Positions 28,401-39,100 of a stretch of DNA of 64,000 bases are shown here, piece by piece. The position numbers and the translations under genes are program-made. The DNA is from a virus. Below the pieces are notes generated by a model that saw nothing but the letters and a program-made list of their open reading frames with translations, ran no database searches and was not told the DNA's origin. The stretch spans positions 64,049-128,048 of IMG/VR virus record IMGVR_UViG_3300042867_001289. One strand, given 5' to 3'. Position 1 is the first letter of the stretch. Each line of letters starts with the position of its first letter.

Positions 28401-31266
28401 TACCCAGCGATTTACCTGCTTGGTTTTCGTATCTATCTTTAAAGAAGGCGTTAATACCTGATGGCACGCCAGTGTAAGTCGCACCCAGTCTGACTACACC
28501 ATCAGGGGTGTTTCCAGGCAACGGAGGCACATCAGAGGCTTGTGTATAAATTTTTGATGGTGAAGCCGACGCCGAAGTTGTTCCATCACCAAAATCCCAA
28601 GAAACTGAAACAATGCTTCCATCAGTATCCGTTGATAGTGACGATGAAAAGTTTTGGGTTTCACCAATCCGACCTATGCTCGGCCCTGTGATATTAGCTA
28701 CAGGTGGCACATTTGGGGCCACTGGAGCCGTTACAACGATTTCCGTGGACGCTATATCAAAAACACCTTCATCGTCAGTGATTGTCAACGTAACAACGTA
28801 GGTCCCTGCTTCAGTGTATGTATGTGAAGCAACCGCATTAGTATCTACGAAACCATCACCAAAATTCCAGTAATACGAAGTAACAACACCGTCACCAGGG
28901 ACAGAAGACGAAGCATCAAAATCAACAGCTACAGGCAACAACCCCGAAGTAGGAGCAGCTTCTATGACAGCTGTTGGTGGAAGGTTTTCCGAAGGCGGAG
29001 GAGCTATAGCAATTTTATGAGAATCAGGCTCACCCTGAATTGAAGAAATATCGACAACTTCAAAAAGGCTATAATCAAATGCGTTACCGACCTGGTCTTT
29101 AATATTATTTGGCCACGAGGGGTCATTCGGTGCAATAAGTTTTGGTTGCCCTCCCCGGTCGAATAGCATAGCCCCATATTTTTTTAGGGTTCTTGCTATG
29201 GCCCTGGCTGGTGCCGATCCAGACAGCACATCATTTTCATCAAAACTTGCAGAAAGACGAATTATTTGACCCGCTTTAAGACCTTCAGACAGCTGGCCAT
29301 CAGACCCCCTTGCAGGCCATACGGCATCGCTCGGATCAAGCGCTTTATAATTTACAAGAGTAAAACCGAGCATATGCCCAAGGTCTTTATCTTCTTCACA
29401 ATCTAACAGGTCCTGATAAGTAAAGAAAAATTGGGCTATAGGTATCTCCGCCACACAAGCACCGTAAGCAAACTCCCCTAGCCCTGCACTCTGGTAACGA
29501 GAACCCGTAGGATAACCCGCATAGGGAGACCGTGGAAGATCATACGAATCCAGGTCCCACGTTACCGCATTCTCACAATCTGCACTAGAGCCACTATAAC
29601 CAATCGCTTCGAATAGCTCTCGATTGTTTTCGTTCCAACATATGGCATGCCGATCACCTGCTGCTTCACCGATCGAAGCGGTGTAGTTGCCGCCAAGCAA
29701 GAATGAGGATTTGTAGGCCCCCTGCTGTCTTAAAGCTGGGAAAAAAAGATGTTCGTTAATCGAATCATGGGTTTTAACATTTCGTTCACCCACGATCATC
29801 GCAGGAGTAGGAATCCAATAACGATAGTCCACTAGAGCCGGAGCGCTATCAGACCAATACCCGACCTGCCAGCCCAGATCCCATTGCTGCGGAGTGGTAG
29901 GCTTAAATGCCATATGCCGGTAAAGGTTTCCTGGCTGAGCGGCCTGATAATTTCCTGTCGAAGTCATAATGGCTGCGCTGTCTGGATCGACAGGAAGCTC
30001 ATCGACAGGCGTATTGAAAATAGAATCCCGCCAAAAAGTAGCCCTATTAGGCCGATGTGGGGGATAGTCCCATCTGGGCCCTTTAGGTCTCGCACCCGTA
30101 CCCCTGACAGTAACAGTTCTAACCACAGAGATAGCATCACCATCATCCGTGGTAACGGTAAGCCTTATAGGGTACTGCCCTGCAATATTGTAAACCTTTG
30201 TTATCGAAAAAGAATCCTGGATAACACCAAAACCATCAGCCAAAAGCCCACTAGTCGGCAACAAAAGCAAACTAAGCAGACCATCATAAACAGCAGAACC
30301 AATAGGGGGAATCGAATTATAGGCAGTCGAAATATCCGCAGCACTCGAATAACAAACAGCCGCCACACGGGCACCCGCATCATCATAAGCAGAACCTAAA
30401 GCATTCTCAAAAAAAGCATCATGAATGGCAGCAGCAGTCGCATCAAAACTATTCGAAGAATAATTACTTATATTCAAAACAAGATTCTTATCACGAAGAA
30501 AACGGCGAGCTTTAAAATATGCCTCATAATTCTGCGGACTAGTAGCTATACTCCCAAAACTGTTTTGCACACGAAAATCTGCACCAAAAAAGTCCCAGCA
30601 CCCATCAATCCACCAACTAGCAGGATCAACTCCAACAGTATTGAAAGTCCCAACAGAAAGAACCGGAGCAAAAGCAATATTAATAGCACCAGAGGCATCT
30701 AAACGTGCTTTAAACCTCTGCTGAAAAGAACGCCAATTAGCAAGCGTATAACCAGAACCGCTACTAGCGGTCTTTACCGTAGCCTCAGGTTGCGGCTCAA
30801 CCGAAATCCATACAGGACCATCAAGATTCTTAAGACCCGCAATTATACTATCAAAATGCCCATCCCGTGCACCAGTAGCAGCAGCAGCCCAATTGTCGAC
30901 CTTAAAAGAAACCCAAGGCAAACGAAACTTAGACAAAGCCTCAGTAGCGTCCGCAGACACGCTAAGACTATCGGCCCATTGGCGGTACAATCTTTCAACA
31001 CCGACACGATCACCTGAAGGATCTTGCCAACGTGAACCAATATTGCTATCAGAGAATCCAATTCGCATCATCCCAGGACGGATATCGCCTGGGTAACTAT
31101 CGGTTTGGCTATAAGCTTTATCTAAAGAAGTGCTATCTCCCCAATCGAGGAGACGATTTAGCAAAACATTTGGGACCGAAGCCGAATAATTTGCGGTAAC
31201 CGTCACAGTAAAAGGGGCATAACCGTAACTCTCAGAAACTGTTAAAGACGAAATAACTGGTGCCAT
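25462..31266 (-). CDS. Giant multidomain tail adhesin: multiple PKD domains, two GH26-like TIM barrels, one unknown domain
   Basis: Repeated W[DNT]F[GD]DG..VTLTVTDDDG PKD units; two [LM]PW[VF]S..LKN[LV]D.P[VI]W[IL]S..NI[AS]FAP..WDF[FY]G GH-like segments. Confidence 0.8.
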   Translation of the reverse strand: MAPVISSLTVSESYGYAPFTVTVTANYSASVPNVLLNRLLDWGDSTSLDKAYSQTDSYPGDIRPGMMRIGFSDSNIGSRWQDPSGDRVGVERLYRQWADSLSVSADATEALSKFRLPWVSFKVDNWAAAATGARDGHFDSIIAGLKNLDGPVWISVEPQPEATVKTASSGSGYTLANWRSFQQRFKARLDASGAINIAFAPVLSVGTFNTVGVDPASWWIDGCWDFFGADFRVQNSFGSIATSPQNYEAYFKARRFLRDKNLVLNISNYSSNSFDATAAAIHDAFFENALGSAYDDAGARVAAVCYSSAADISTAYNSIPPIGSAVYDGLLSLLLLPTSGLLADGFGVIQDSFSITKVYNIAGQYPIRLTVTTDDGDAISVVRTVTVRGTGARPKGPRWDYPPHRPNRATFWRDSIFNTPVDELPVDPDSAAIMTSTGNYQAAQPGNLYRHMAFKPTTPQQWDLGWQVGYWSDSAPALVDYRYWIPTPAMIVGERNVKTHDSINEHLFFPALRQQGAYKSSFLLGGNYTASIGEAAGDRHAICWNENNRELFEAIGYSGSSADCENAVTWDLDSYDLPRSPYAGYPTGSRYQSAGLGEFAYGACVAEIPIAQFFFTYQDLLDCEEDKDLGHMLGFTLVNYKALDPSDAVWPARGSDGQLSEGLKAGQIIRLSASFDENDVLSGSAPARAIARTLKKYGAMLFDRGGQPKLIAPNDPSWPNNIKDQVGNAFDYSLFEVVDISSIQGEPDSHKIAIAPPPSENLPPTAVIEAAPTSGLLPVAVDFDASSSVPGDGVVTSYYWNFGDGFVDTNAVASHTYTEAGTYVVTLTITDDEGVFDIASTEIVVTAPVAPNVPPVANITGPSIGRIGETQNFSSSLSTDTDGSIVSVSWDFGDGTTSASASPSKIYTQASDVPPLPGNTPDGVVRLGATYTGVPSGINAFFKDRYENQAGKSLGIHRLSGSPNAPGVLTPAWNPADRVTAASVTTAAGRMPWFSYFPPVDRVIAGSEDANILALLTSLKNVDKPIWLSVWDNPEYYVGVEDWFTIEEWRLVQVKFRQILNQINATNISFAPIFKSTTWEGDQLGAYNPDSYLEPLAEWDFYGLIKYVTAASSGSIGTVGYPTGLTDFRQWAKTKNISHMAIADYGNNDQTVSGVNELESIYNYCLSSGTDGNGPAIMGLSLGSLYIPPFGSITLTKFNQLAGRSTSWNVSQKVQYGPYLVTLTVTDDDAETASKTQSIFISSQPPPNLPPIAIITVPPTGIAGTPVTFSSAGSSDPDGTISSYLWTFGDGSVSAQANPVYTYLSAGTYTVSLRVTDDDGATATETDSIIISPINLAPVSIISAPSSVLVNETVTLDSVSTDSDGTVVSYLWDFDDGTGSTAESPTKAWTTSGYYTVTLTVRDDDGASAVSSQRVTVISGATEGETTVDSDGAFVRPDPYRQVVLGWAEDDIETLFGASYLRAYGYPAPNALVESLEVDFGEIGSGLRAGGFGVSVISFPNGSVIPGVWSGLGEFGTDYGQGYIINALWDGLITATFTPTQKVRTDSFAIRVTPFQGSVQVPGFRLVSVAPDFSIEPIGSNPFEVDEVIGFTTFPVVTDPDPLEHSYDAAGSYIVSMTSGVDEAITVIEIVDPMVVNEPPVPVIDRVGEPVAGIPYGLIGSNSYDDDGTITAHSWDFGDGTTSDQADLSKTWSSGGTYRVVLTVYDDEGASASIVESVIVSEIVSALGCGGDYQSFVGSNLEAWNGTNIWRFVDWDEDWYTELVENNVGYQVAVPDGSPGNASLPPGSGWFEAASIDNSSFYAATQVRFPESAVSGRLKIGASLILQIDESDYGDVPAKATFALYRSNGDFLDGAKTYKSQVWSERYSFSVLDGTAVSNGQRVDISLDTGTLPLFALDYPLILVVSIDLLGTENVIPNGLEVSFFNFVGCYLTD

Positions 31267-32540
31267 CAGCGAGCCGCCCGTGCAGTAACCGAAATAGTAG
31301 CGTCAGGTAAACTCCCATACCTTGTAAAAGCCAAATCGGCTCCCGAGACATCCAACGACCCAACAGGCCAGGCCCCACCATCAGTAACATAATCACCTGT
31401 TATATCCTCAGGCGCTATACCAACAATATGATTAGTAGTCGACACAACAATTGACAAATCCTCAACACGGGCAACACCAGCAACATTATTAATCGCAGTA
31501 ACAACCTCGTTGTAAAAAATAGTATCCCCCCAAGACCAATAATTTGGAGTCAAATACTTACTCAACGCAGCATTCACCGAATCCGTCACAACACGCGTAG
31601 GATAACCCGCAGAACAAATAATTGTCACATTCACATCAATCGGCACAAGATGAGGTGGAACAATATCGATTTGCAACCCGGCTACAGCACGCTGCATCAA
31701 ATCCGATGCCATCGCCCGAGATTTTTCCACCGAAAAAGAAGCACCATTCAGGCCGCACGCATAAATAGTAAGGTAACCATTCGCAGGCAAAGTTTCAGCA
31801 ATAAGATCAGTCCTCGGCAAATCATTATACTTACCAACAACCGCTAACCGACTATACGCTTTAACCCGATAAACATCAGGATATTGAGCCAACAAATACT
31901 GTTCAAACTGCTTAGGCAACACAAGAGCCTGGCTATAAGAACTCAACTTGCCTATAGCGCGAGCAAAATACTCTGCATCAGTTTCAGGGTCAGACCCTGC
32001 ATTCAAATCCTCATCCAAAATAGCCGTATCAATCCAAGGAATAGCAGAAAGCACCCGAATGAAAGTTCCGGCTTCCAACACAGGGTACCGCTCGTTAAGA
32101 ATGCCTTGGACGGGAACAGTCATCGAAGTGTTCAACTTGCCAACAAAAACATCTTCTGTAGATTCAAACACATATAGAATTGAGTCGGTTCCGCCTGCAT
32201 CCAACCACCCAAACCTTGTCCCCTTTTTAAGGGTATGACCATCTTCGTCCGATAAAGCCAATTCGAGTACAGCAGTCGGCCTCGCACCTGCTAGCCGTTC
32301 AATCTCGAACATCTGAAGAACCGCTTCAGTGATAGACGAAGTAGTCCTATTAAGCGCACCCAGCAACTCGCCACTAACCCCTGAGGCTGCTTGCAGCAAA
32401 GCATCCTCAATCGAACCCACAGTAGGAGTCCATTCCGGTAGCGCCGCTCGCGCATACGCTACCGACGCATCATAAATATCGCTTGGCTGTTGATCATAAA
32501 TAGTCGGATCAACATATGGGCTAACATCAGGCGATGCCAT
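31266..32540 (-). CDS. Baseplate J-like protein
   Basis: FEIERLAG..LKKGTRF..GSDPETDAEYFAR..AINNVAGVARV. Confidence 0.88.
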   Translation of the reverse strand: MASPDVSPYVDPTIYDQQPSDIYDASVAYARAALPEWTPTVGSIEDALLQAASGVSGELLGALNRTTSSITEAVLQMFEIERLAGARPTAVLELALSDEDGHTLKKGTRFGWLDAGGTDSILYVFESTEDVFVGKLNTSMTVPVQGILNERYPVLEAGTFIRVLSAIPWIDTAILDEDLNAGSDPETDAEYFARAIGKLSSYSQALVLPKQFEQYLLAQYPDVYRVKAYSRLAVVGKYNDLPRTDLIAETLPANGYLTIYACGLNGASFSVEKSRAMASDLMQRAVAGLQIDIVPPHLVPIDVNVTIICSAGYPTRVVTDSVNAALSKYLTPNYWSWGDTIFYNEVVTAINNVAGVARVEDLSIVVSTTNHIVGIAPEDITGDYVTDGGAWPVGSLDVSGADLAFTRYGSLPDATISVTARAAR

Positions 32541-32845
32541 TACAGTTCACCAATCCTTTTAAACGGTATCTCAACAGTAAGAGTTTGATCATCATTCCAG
32601 CGTTCAATCACATCTTCAATATAAATATCATAAAAGTAAGACCCACAATTCATCATGAGCCCACCGCGATCAAATCCAAAGAATTCTGATTCCGTAACAC
32701 CAAACGTAGGCCGCAATGAAAGCTCGCCCATGTTGGTCCTGGCGACAGAGGCTATGCGTTGGGCCGCCCACACCTCAGAGTCAGTGTCATGGGTTTCTGC
32801 GGAACCGCGTGTGATCTTGAATGGAAATGCTAGGCCTTTTGCCAT
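32540..32845 (-). CDS. Baseplate wedge/sheath initiator (gp25/gpW-like)
   Basis: Real start MAKGLAFPF at 32845; TNMGELSLRPTFG. Confidence 0.8.
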   Translation of the reverse strand: MAKGLAFPFKITRGSAETHDTDSEVWAAQRIASVARTNMGELSLRPTFGVTESEFFGFDRGGLMMNCGSYFYDIYIEDVIERWNDDQTLTVEIPFKRIGEL

Positions 32846-34641
32846 TAGGCTTCTAGGCTTTCGATTCGTGCTTCTAGTGCTGTTATTTGGGCTTTGAGGT
32901 CTTGTACAGCGGCAACTGTTAGGGCTGTGATATGGTCTCCGTGATAATATTCTGGGTCCCAACCTGTTATATCATCTGCGGATTCTTCATTTGCCATATA
33001 AGTAACTAGACTTGGGGCGTCTTCCATAAGCTCTTCAACAATGAACCCATACTGTGGGCTGATCGCATGTAAATCGGAAACTAATTCGCTTGCCCCTGAG
33101 GGGGGTTTCGCAGTATAATATCTTGGTCTAATTACATCAATAATTTCCCAAGGGTCGGCAATAGGAAAAATATCATTTTTAAATTCTCTCCTTGACACAA
33201 ACGAAACAAGTACCCCAAAGCCACTATACCCATAGAACCCCGAGGCCTCGCCACCTGTTACAGGTAAGGCACCAGCGCCACTGGGGCCGAATCGACCCAA
33301 GAATGTGTAGCCGTTATCCCAGAATTCTATCTGACTTGTACCTTTTTGACTGTTATAGAGCCTTATTCCATCATCTTGATCCCTTCTACCCAAGAAATGT
33401 GAATAAGAGGCATTGCCGTTAATCGCAAACCATAACCCTGCAGGATCCAAATAAGAAGACTGAAGACTCAAACGCCCCCCAATACGGTGACCCGCACCAC
33501 CACCAGTCCCAATAACCACACCCCCGACAATAGCGCCCGCAGCATTATTAATAAAAAGGTCCCTAGTGGGCTGATTGCTTGGCCTAATATAAACTGGGCC
33601 TCCATAATTTACATGCACAGGAGAAACAAGAGCATTTGTAGCAGTAATATCGCCAGCGCCAAGAGCTACTGCTAAAAGATTCACAACCGTATAACTCTGG
33701 CCAGACAAACGGCCCGGAGGAAGCGTCCCAAAAGTAAGCTGACTAGCATTCATAGCCGTAGCGTTAAGATTCCCAGCAACCGTCACATTCCCAGTGATCG
33801 TTAAACCACCCCCAGCGTTCAACGTAGAACCCAACTGCGTGATACCCGTATACGCACCCGCCAAACGAGCCGCAGGGACCGTACCAGAAGTAAGCTGAGT
33901 CGCATTCAAATTACCAGAAAAACTACCAGCCGAAACAGCTACGGTGGTACCAAACTGGACAGCACCACCCAAAGGATTAATCTTCAAAACCCCAGCAGCC
34001 GAACCAACCCGAGCCTGAATCGTATCCACCGCAGTAAGCGCAACAGACCCAGTCACAGACCCCAAAGCAACATTAGCGCCACTAGTAAGCCCAAAAACAG
34101 CCTGACCCGAAGTGCCCCCAGCCAAAGAAATCGGAAGATGCGACCTAGAAGCATAAAAAGGCATCTGAGGGCTAGCAGCCCCAACACCCACACCAAAATT
34201 ATTTATATAAGTGCCAGCAGCACTAAAACTGCCACCAGAACTAATACCACCCCACCCGGTACCAGTCCAAACATACGTCAAAAGCGTGTCACTCTCAAAA
34301 ATTGTGGTACCAGCAGGAACATCCCCCAAACCAGGACGAGTCGTAGAAGTACAAACAACCGGAGGAGCAAAAACAAGACTATTCGAATCACGAACAACCC
34401 CAAGAACAACAAGGCTGTCAGCACGATTCTCAAAAAACACACACGCCACACGCTCACCCTCGCGAGGCAAAACAAGCGAAGAAACAGCCAGAGGACCATA
34501 CTGGACTTCCACGCTAATCCGAGGAACAATCACCCAAACGCGCGACAACTCCTCGTTAACGTTCGTGACAAACCCATAATAAATGCCATTCGGTCTAAAC
34601 GAAACACTCGCCGTTGACTCTGGATTACTATAATCACTCAT
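32845..34641 (-). CDS. Baseplate spike (gpV/gp5 OB-fold) fused to a fibre and an S74-type intramolecular chaperone
   Basis: N-terminal GIYYGFV..RVWV.VP..LPREGERV.CVF..VVLG; C-terminal SRREFKNDI..IRPRYY..YGFIVEE..AVQDL coiled coil. Confidence 0.75.
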   Translation of the reverse strand: MSDYSNPESTASVSFRPNGIYYGFVTNVNEELSRVWVIVPRISVEVQYGPLAVSSLVLPREGERVACVFFENRADSLVVLGVVRDSNSLVFAPPVVCTSTTRPGLGDVPAGTTIFESDTLLTYVWTGTGWGGISSGGSFSAAGTYINNFGVGVGAASPQMPFYASRSHLPISLAGGTSGQAVFGLTSGANVALGSVTGSVALTAVDTIQARVGSAAGVLKINPLGGAVQFGTTVAVSAGSFSGNLNATQLTSGTVPAARLAGAYTGITQLGSTLNAGGGLTITGNVTVAGNLNATAMNASQLTFGTLPPGRLSGQSYTVVNLLAVALGAGDITATNALVSPVHVNYGGPVYIRPSNQPTRDLFINNAAGAIVGGVVIGTGGGAGHRIGGRLSLQSSYLDPAGLWFAINGNASYSHFLGRRDQDDGIRLYNSQKGTSQIEFWDNGYTFLGRFGPSGAGALPVTGGEASGFYGYSGFGVLVSFVSRREFKNDIFPIADPWEIIDVIRPRYYTAKPPSGASELVSDLHAISPQYGFIVEELMEDAPSLVTYMANEESADDITGWDPEYYHGDHITALTVAAVQDLKAQITALEARIESLEA

Positions 34642-34671
34642 TTTAAAATCCCTCTACGCTCAAACCGCCGC

Positions 34672-35514
34672 TTAAGCAGTTGTTTCTTCTTTTTGCCTAA
34701 ACCTCGCAGGGGTCCGACCCGACACCGAAACGGGAAGACCAGAATCCTCCTGCCATGATACTTCAGTAATCAGAAATGGACTGTTAAAAGTCGGAATACC
34801 AGTAAAATTTATTGTCATCCCAGGACGCAACTGGGTAGCGTTCGCCCGATCAAACAACGCCGTAAAATCAGCCTCATACGGGTCGTTATCAGAACGCCTA
34901 AAAGTAGGGCACTCAATAAGCTGGTAATAAGAACCTTCGACCGAAGGCCACCCAGATGTCACATTCCCCCACCTGCCCAAAAGCCAAAACTGTGGCGCAA
35001 AATACACGGTCCCATCAACTTCAAAAACAACATACTGGGCGTCCCCAGCGACCCGACGCATAACATCCCAAGCAGACTCCATATTCTCATAAAATTGCGT
35101 TGTAGTAATAGTTAGCTCTTCAGGACTATCAACCCCAACATACCTCAAGCCTTGACTATTAGCAGCATATTTCACAAACTCGCTAGGCGAAGTAGCCCCA
35201 AACGCTTCAGGGGTTTTATTACGCTTCAAACGCTGAATACCTCTCGAACGGGCTTCAACAGTTATAGAAGGATCAAACCCCCCAGCCGCCTCAACGTTTA
35301 TCGAAGCAATTTCGAATGACGCCAAAAAATATTGCACTTCTCGGCGGATCACAAAATAGTTATTATTAAGCATAGAAAACCCTGGGTCTCTAAGCTTAAT
35401 AACCATTTCAGACGCATAATCCATCGTGTAACTAATAGTTACAGTTTCTACGAGTTCTTCAACGTTTGCTCGTTGGAAAGAGTTAAGACCGGAAAGAATT
35501 ATAGGAAGAGCCAT
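34672..35514 (-). CDS. Baseplate hub (gp27/gpD/XkdQ-like)
   Basis: ESAWDVMRRVA..FEVDGTVYF; LRPGMTINFTGI..FLITEV; position after the tape measure. Confidence 0.8.
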   Translation of the reverse strand: MALPIILSGLNSFQRANVEELVETVTISYTMDYASEMVIKLRDPGFSMLNNNYFVIRREVQYFLASFEIASINVEAAGGFDPSITVEARSRGIQRLKRNKTPEAFGATSPSEFVKYAANSQGLRYVGVDSPEELTITTTQFYENMESAWDVMRRVAGDAQYVVFEVDGTVYFAPQFWLLGRWGNVTSGWPSVEGSYYQLIECPTFRRSDNDPYEADFTALFDRANATQLRPGMTINFTGIPTFNSPFLITEVSWQEDSGLPVSVSGRTPARFRQKEETTA

Positions 35515-36158
35515 TAGTCTGTGAAAGGATTTCCATCGGCAGCAGTAAACGGTATCCCATTTCTCGTAGAAACAGGGGCCTGCACCCTCCTCGGAGGATA
35601 ATCCGTATAAGAAATCGGAGATAAAAAAGTAACCGGAATCGTAGGATTCCGCTCCTCCGTAACAGTCATCTGAACATCAGCCTGAGTAGCCTTATTATCC
35701 AAATCTCGATTCAAAACAGATATTTGCATATCGGTGATACGCCACCATGCCGTATACCGACCCCTGATAGTCCGCACGCCCTGGAACAGCATCCTATCGA
35801 CACCGCCAGTAAAATAAACGGGGAAAGGTACCGTTGCCATAGCTCTCAAAACCGCAATTTCGATTTCCACATTAGCTTGCCCCCCAGTAGCCCTATTAGC
35901 CAACCTAAAATTAAGAGCCGCTTTAGTTAACTGGTAACCGGTAAAAGATAGTAACGGATACTTTCCGGCACGCTTAACTTCCTCATAAGAAGCCGAAATG
36001 TTTTCAAAATTGACTTCGACGGGAGCATAAGGAAAAACAAAAGTTGTAGGCTCGCCAAGAGAAAATTGTGTCATCAAAGCCCAAGAGTTTGACCGGGTAT
36101 ATCCACCATAATTTTCAAGCCAATACTTATTTTGAAGATTTACAGCTACCCTTGCCAT
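35514..36158 (-). CDS. Tail tube initiator (gpU-like)
   Basis: FVFPYAP..YEEVKRAGKYPLL..WRITDMQIS..ADVQMTVTE; position. Confidence 0.7.
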   Translation of the reverse strand: MARVAVNLQNKYWLENYGGYTRSNSWALMTQFSLGEPTTFVFPYAPVEVNFENISASYEEVKRAGKYPLLSFTGYQLTKAALNFRLANRATGGQANVEIEIAVLRAMATVPFPVYFTGGVDRMLFQGVRTIRGRYTAWWRITDMQISVLNRDLDNKATQADVQMTVTEERNPTIPVTFLSPISYTDYPPRRVQAPVSTRNGIPFTAADGNPFTD

Positions 36159-39100
36159 CAGATACGCTCCTTCCGTGAACGGGTCTTACGATTAATAATT
36201 GTTTCTACAGCGCGAGCAATTTCTTCAGGAGAAGCATTCGGACCTGCCGTAATATTAAAATTGTATGTCCCAGAATTACCGATCATAGCTGGTGCGGTTG
36301 TCGGTGAGACTATCGGCATTTGGGTATCGCCTACGGGTGCGCCTGCCCCTGGGACGACATGCAGGTGTCTGCCTCCGGCGTTGTGGAACTCGGCGAACCC
36401 ACCGTTGTCTTGTGTGAGTTGTTGGTATGCTCCGAGGTTTTGTCCGGTTAGGTCATAGGCGTTTCCTGTAGCGTGGTCGGAGTTTATTGATCCTAGGCCG
36501 TCTGTTCTGAGGCTAGATACGACTGAGCGTTTCCCTGCGATACCGCCGTCTAGCTGGTTGTGTTTTGACATGGTTCTTTGAAGACGGCTACTCGCTGTAT
36601 CCGCCTCGCCAACTTTTGCATTAGGATCGTAGAGCGGGTTTCTATTGCCATTTATGTATTCATAGTCACCGCCTACGTCATATCCGCCACTGACGGGAAG
36701 ATTGAATGGCGCTGCAGGCTTGATAGTCCCATTGGCTACTAGCCCATCATACCAACCAGGATTTTTTGTATACCACGCAGGAGGATTAGAAAAACCAGTT
36801 TTGACGCCTAACTGCGTGGCATCTACAATAGCCCTCTGTTGAGCATTTAAAGAATTATAAAGCCTCTCCTGAGCACCCTGCGCAGTATCAAGAGTAGTCG
36901 CAAGATCCACATCTATACCCAAACCTGCAATCAAAAAGTCTGCAGTCGCCTTACCGGCATCAGGCCCAAGCAGCTTAGCGGCATCCCTCTGCTCCTTTGT
37001 GGTCTCTTGGGTTACTTTCAGCCCCTGAGTGGTTATAAATTTTAGTTGTTCAGTAGTGGCAGTATCCAAATATTTTTGCAAAGCCTCAGCGCCAGGACCC
37101 GTGAGAGTCTGCCCGCTCCGAGCTTCCAAAGAAGCAACAACTTGCCCCCTAGCAGCATCTTCTTGAGAAGTACGAAAAACCTCGTTAACAGCATCATAAG
37201 CCTTCTTATTCTCAGGTGCCTGAAATTCCTTACGGCGACCATACAAAGGGCCATCAGGATTGTTCCACTGAGGAGAATTAGGGCCCATCTGCTTCACAAA
37301 ATATGCTTGCGCAGCAAAAACATCGTCAGGGAACAGGTTCATAGCCTGCTCGGCTACAGTCTGTTGAAAAGTCCTTTTTTGTTCATCAGAAAGAGGCCCT
37401 TGAGTATTGCGAATATCTTCACCACCCTGGTTTATCGCCTCCTGAGCTTTCTGAGGGGCAAAAACTTCATCGAAAACTCTTGCAATACCCTCAAACGAAG
37501 CTTTACGCATAGATTCGTTTAACTCATCTATAGTTTTAGGTATAGCAAGACCAAGCTTTTCCAGCCCGTCCACAGCGGTCAAGGTTGCGTCGTACAAATT
37601 CAAACCCATTGAGTCAGATAGCTTTAAAATTTCTTCTTCAGTTTTCCCTGACGCTTGAGACAGGTTGTCAAGGTTGTATTTGAAGTAACCACCAAGAACG
37701 CCTGCCACCTTAGTTGCAGAGTCAGCGGCCCTATCTTGCGCCTTTGAAAATGATTTTGCAGAAGCTTGATCATCCTGGCCCTTGGTTGGAGCATCAGCGC
37801 TCAAACCTTGTGTTTGAAGAGCCTTACGGGTATCAGCTGTCATCAGCCCGCTATCGACCATTGAATTAAGAAGAACATCCCTCTGATCTCTAAAATCTTT
37901 AATACCGTCAGTAAGGGCATCATCAAATTCTTTTCCAGCATCTTCAATACTCTCATAAATTGCTTTTTTTGATTTTTCTGGCTTATTGCCCACTTTTTGT
38001 GATTCTATATCAACATCATCAGCTCCTGTTTCTTTTCGGATGAACGCTTTCCGGTCAGCCTCCGAAGTTTTAATACGATCTGCAAGCCCGCCGCCGTTGC
38101 CTTTATCACCATAAAGCTTTGTATAAATAGAATCACCAGTTTCAGAAAACAGCTTATTAAACTGCTCTGGAGCAGCAGCCAGTCCCTGCATTATCTGTTC
38201 CGGGGTTTCCCTAGCAGCGACACCACCATAAATAGAACTCATATAAGAATTTGTTATACCCTCACGCCCAAGCTTATTTCGCTCTTTATAGCTTTTCTCA
38301 TCATTAGAAGCACCCATAGCACCACCACCGATGCCACCAGCAATGCCACCAACAAGGCCGCCGATAACGCCACCAATAACTGTGCCTGGCCCAGGAAAAA
38401 GGCTACCAATCATTGCACCGATAACGGCACCCCCCGTAGCACCACCAATAGCACCAGCAATAGCACCACCCTTAGCAGTCTGAGCAGTCGCAGCAGTACC
38501 TATACCCGCCACAGCACCACCCAAAAGAGGGTTACCAGTCATAGCGCCAACCATGCCACCCGCCATCATCGAACCCTGAGCCTCATCAGCCATAAACGGG
38601 GTAGCAGCCATCATCGCAAAAGGAAGAGCCCCTCTAGCCGCATTGCCAGCAGACGAAGCAGCGCCTCTAGCTTTCATAGCCATTTGCTGACCTTTAGTAA
38701 GCGGTGGAGGTGCTTTATTAACCCCAGCAGTAGAACCACCACCACTCCCCGAAAAACCACCACCCTGCCCTCTAGCAAACTTAGACCCAGTACCACCACC
38801 ATTAACGTTGACGGTCGTAGCATTAACCGTCATCGTCCCCGTAGTCGCAGAAGTAGCCCCACCCCCAGGACCCCCAGGCCCTCCCTTGCCACCAGACCCA
38901 GGCATGCCCATCGACTTACCCCGACCACCCCAAAAACTATAACCCTTACCCTTAGCAAAACTACTCTGAGACCCAACACTCTTAACAGCCTGACGGCCCA
39001 ACAACAACGCAGCAATACCACCCATACCCTGCATCTGGTCCATAACACCACCAGACTTCTCACCCGGCTCCTTCTTCCCACCAAAAAGAAGTTTCGCAAC

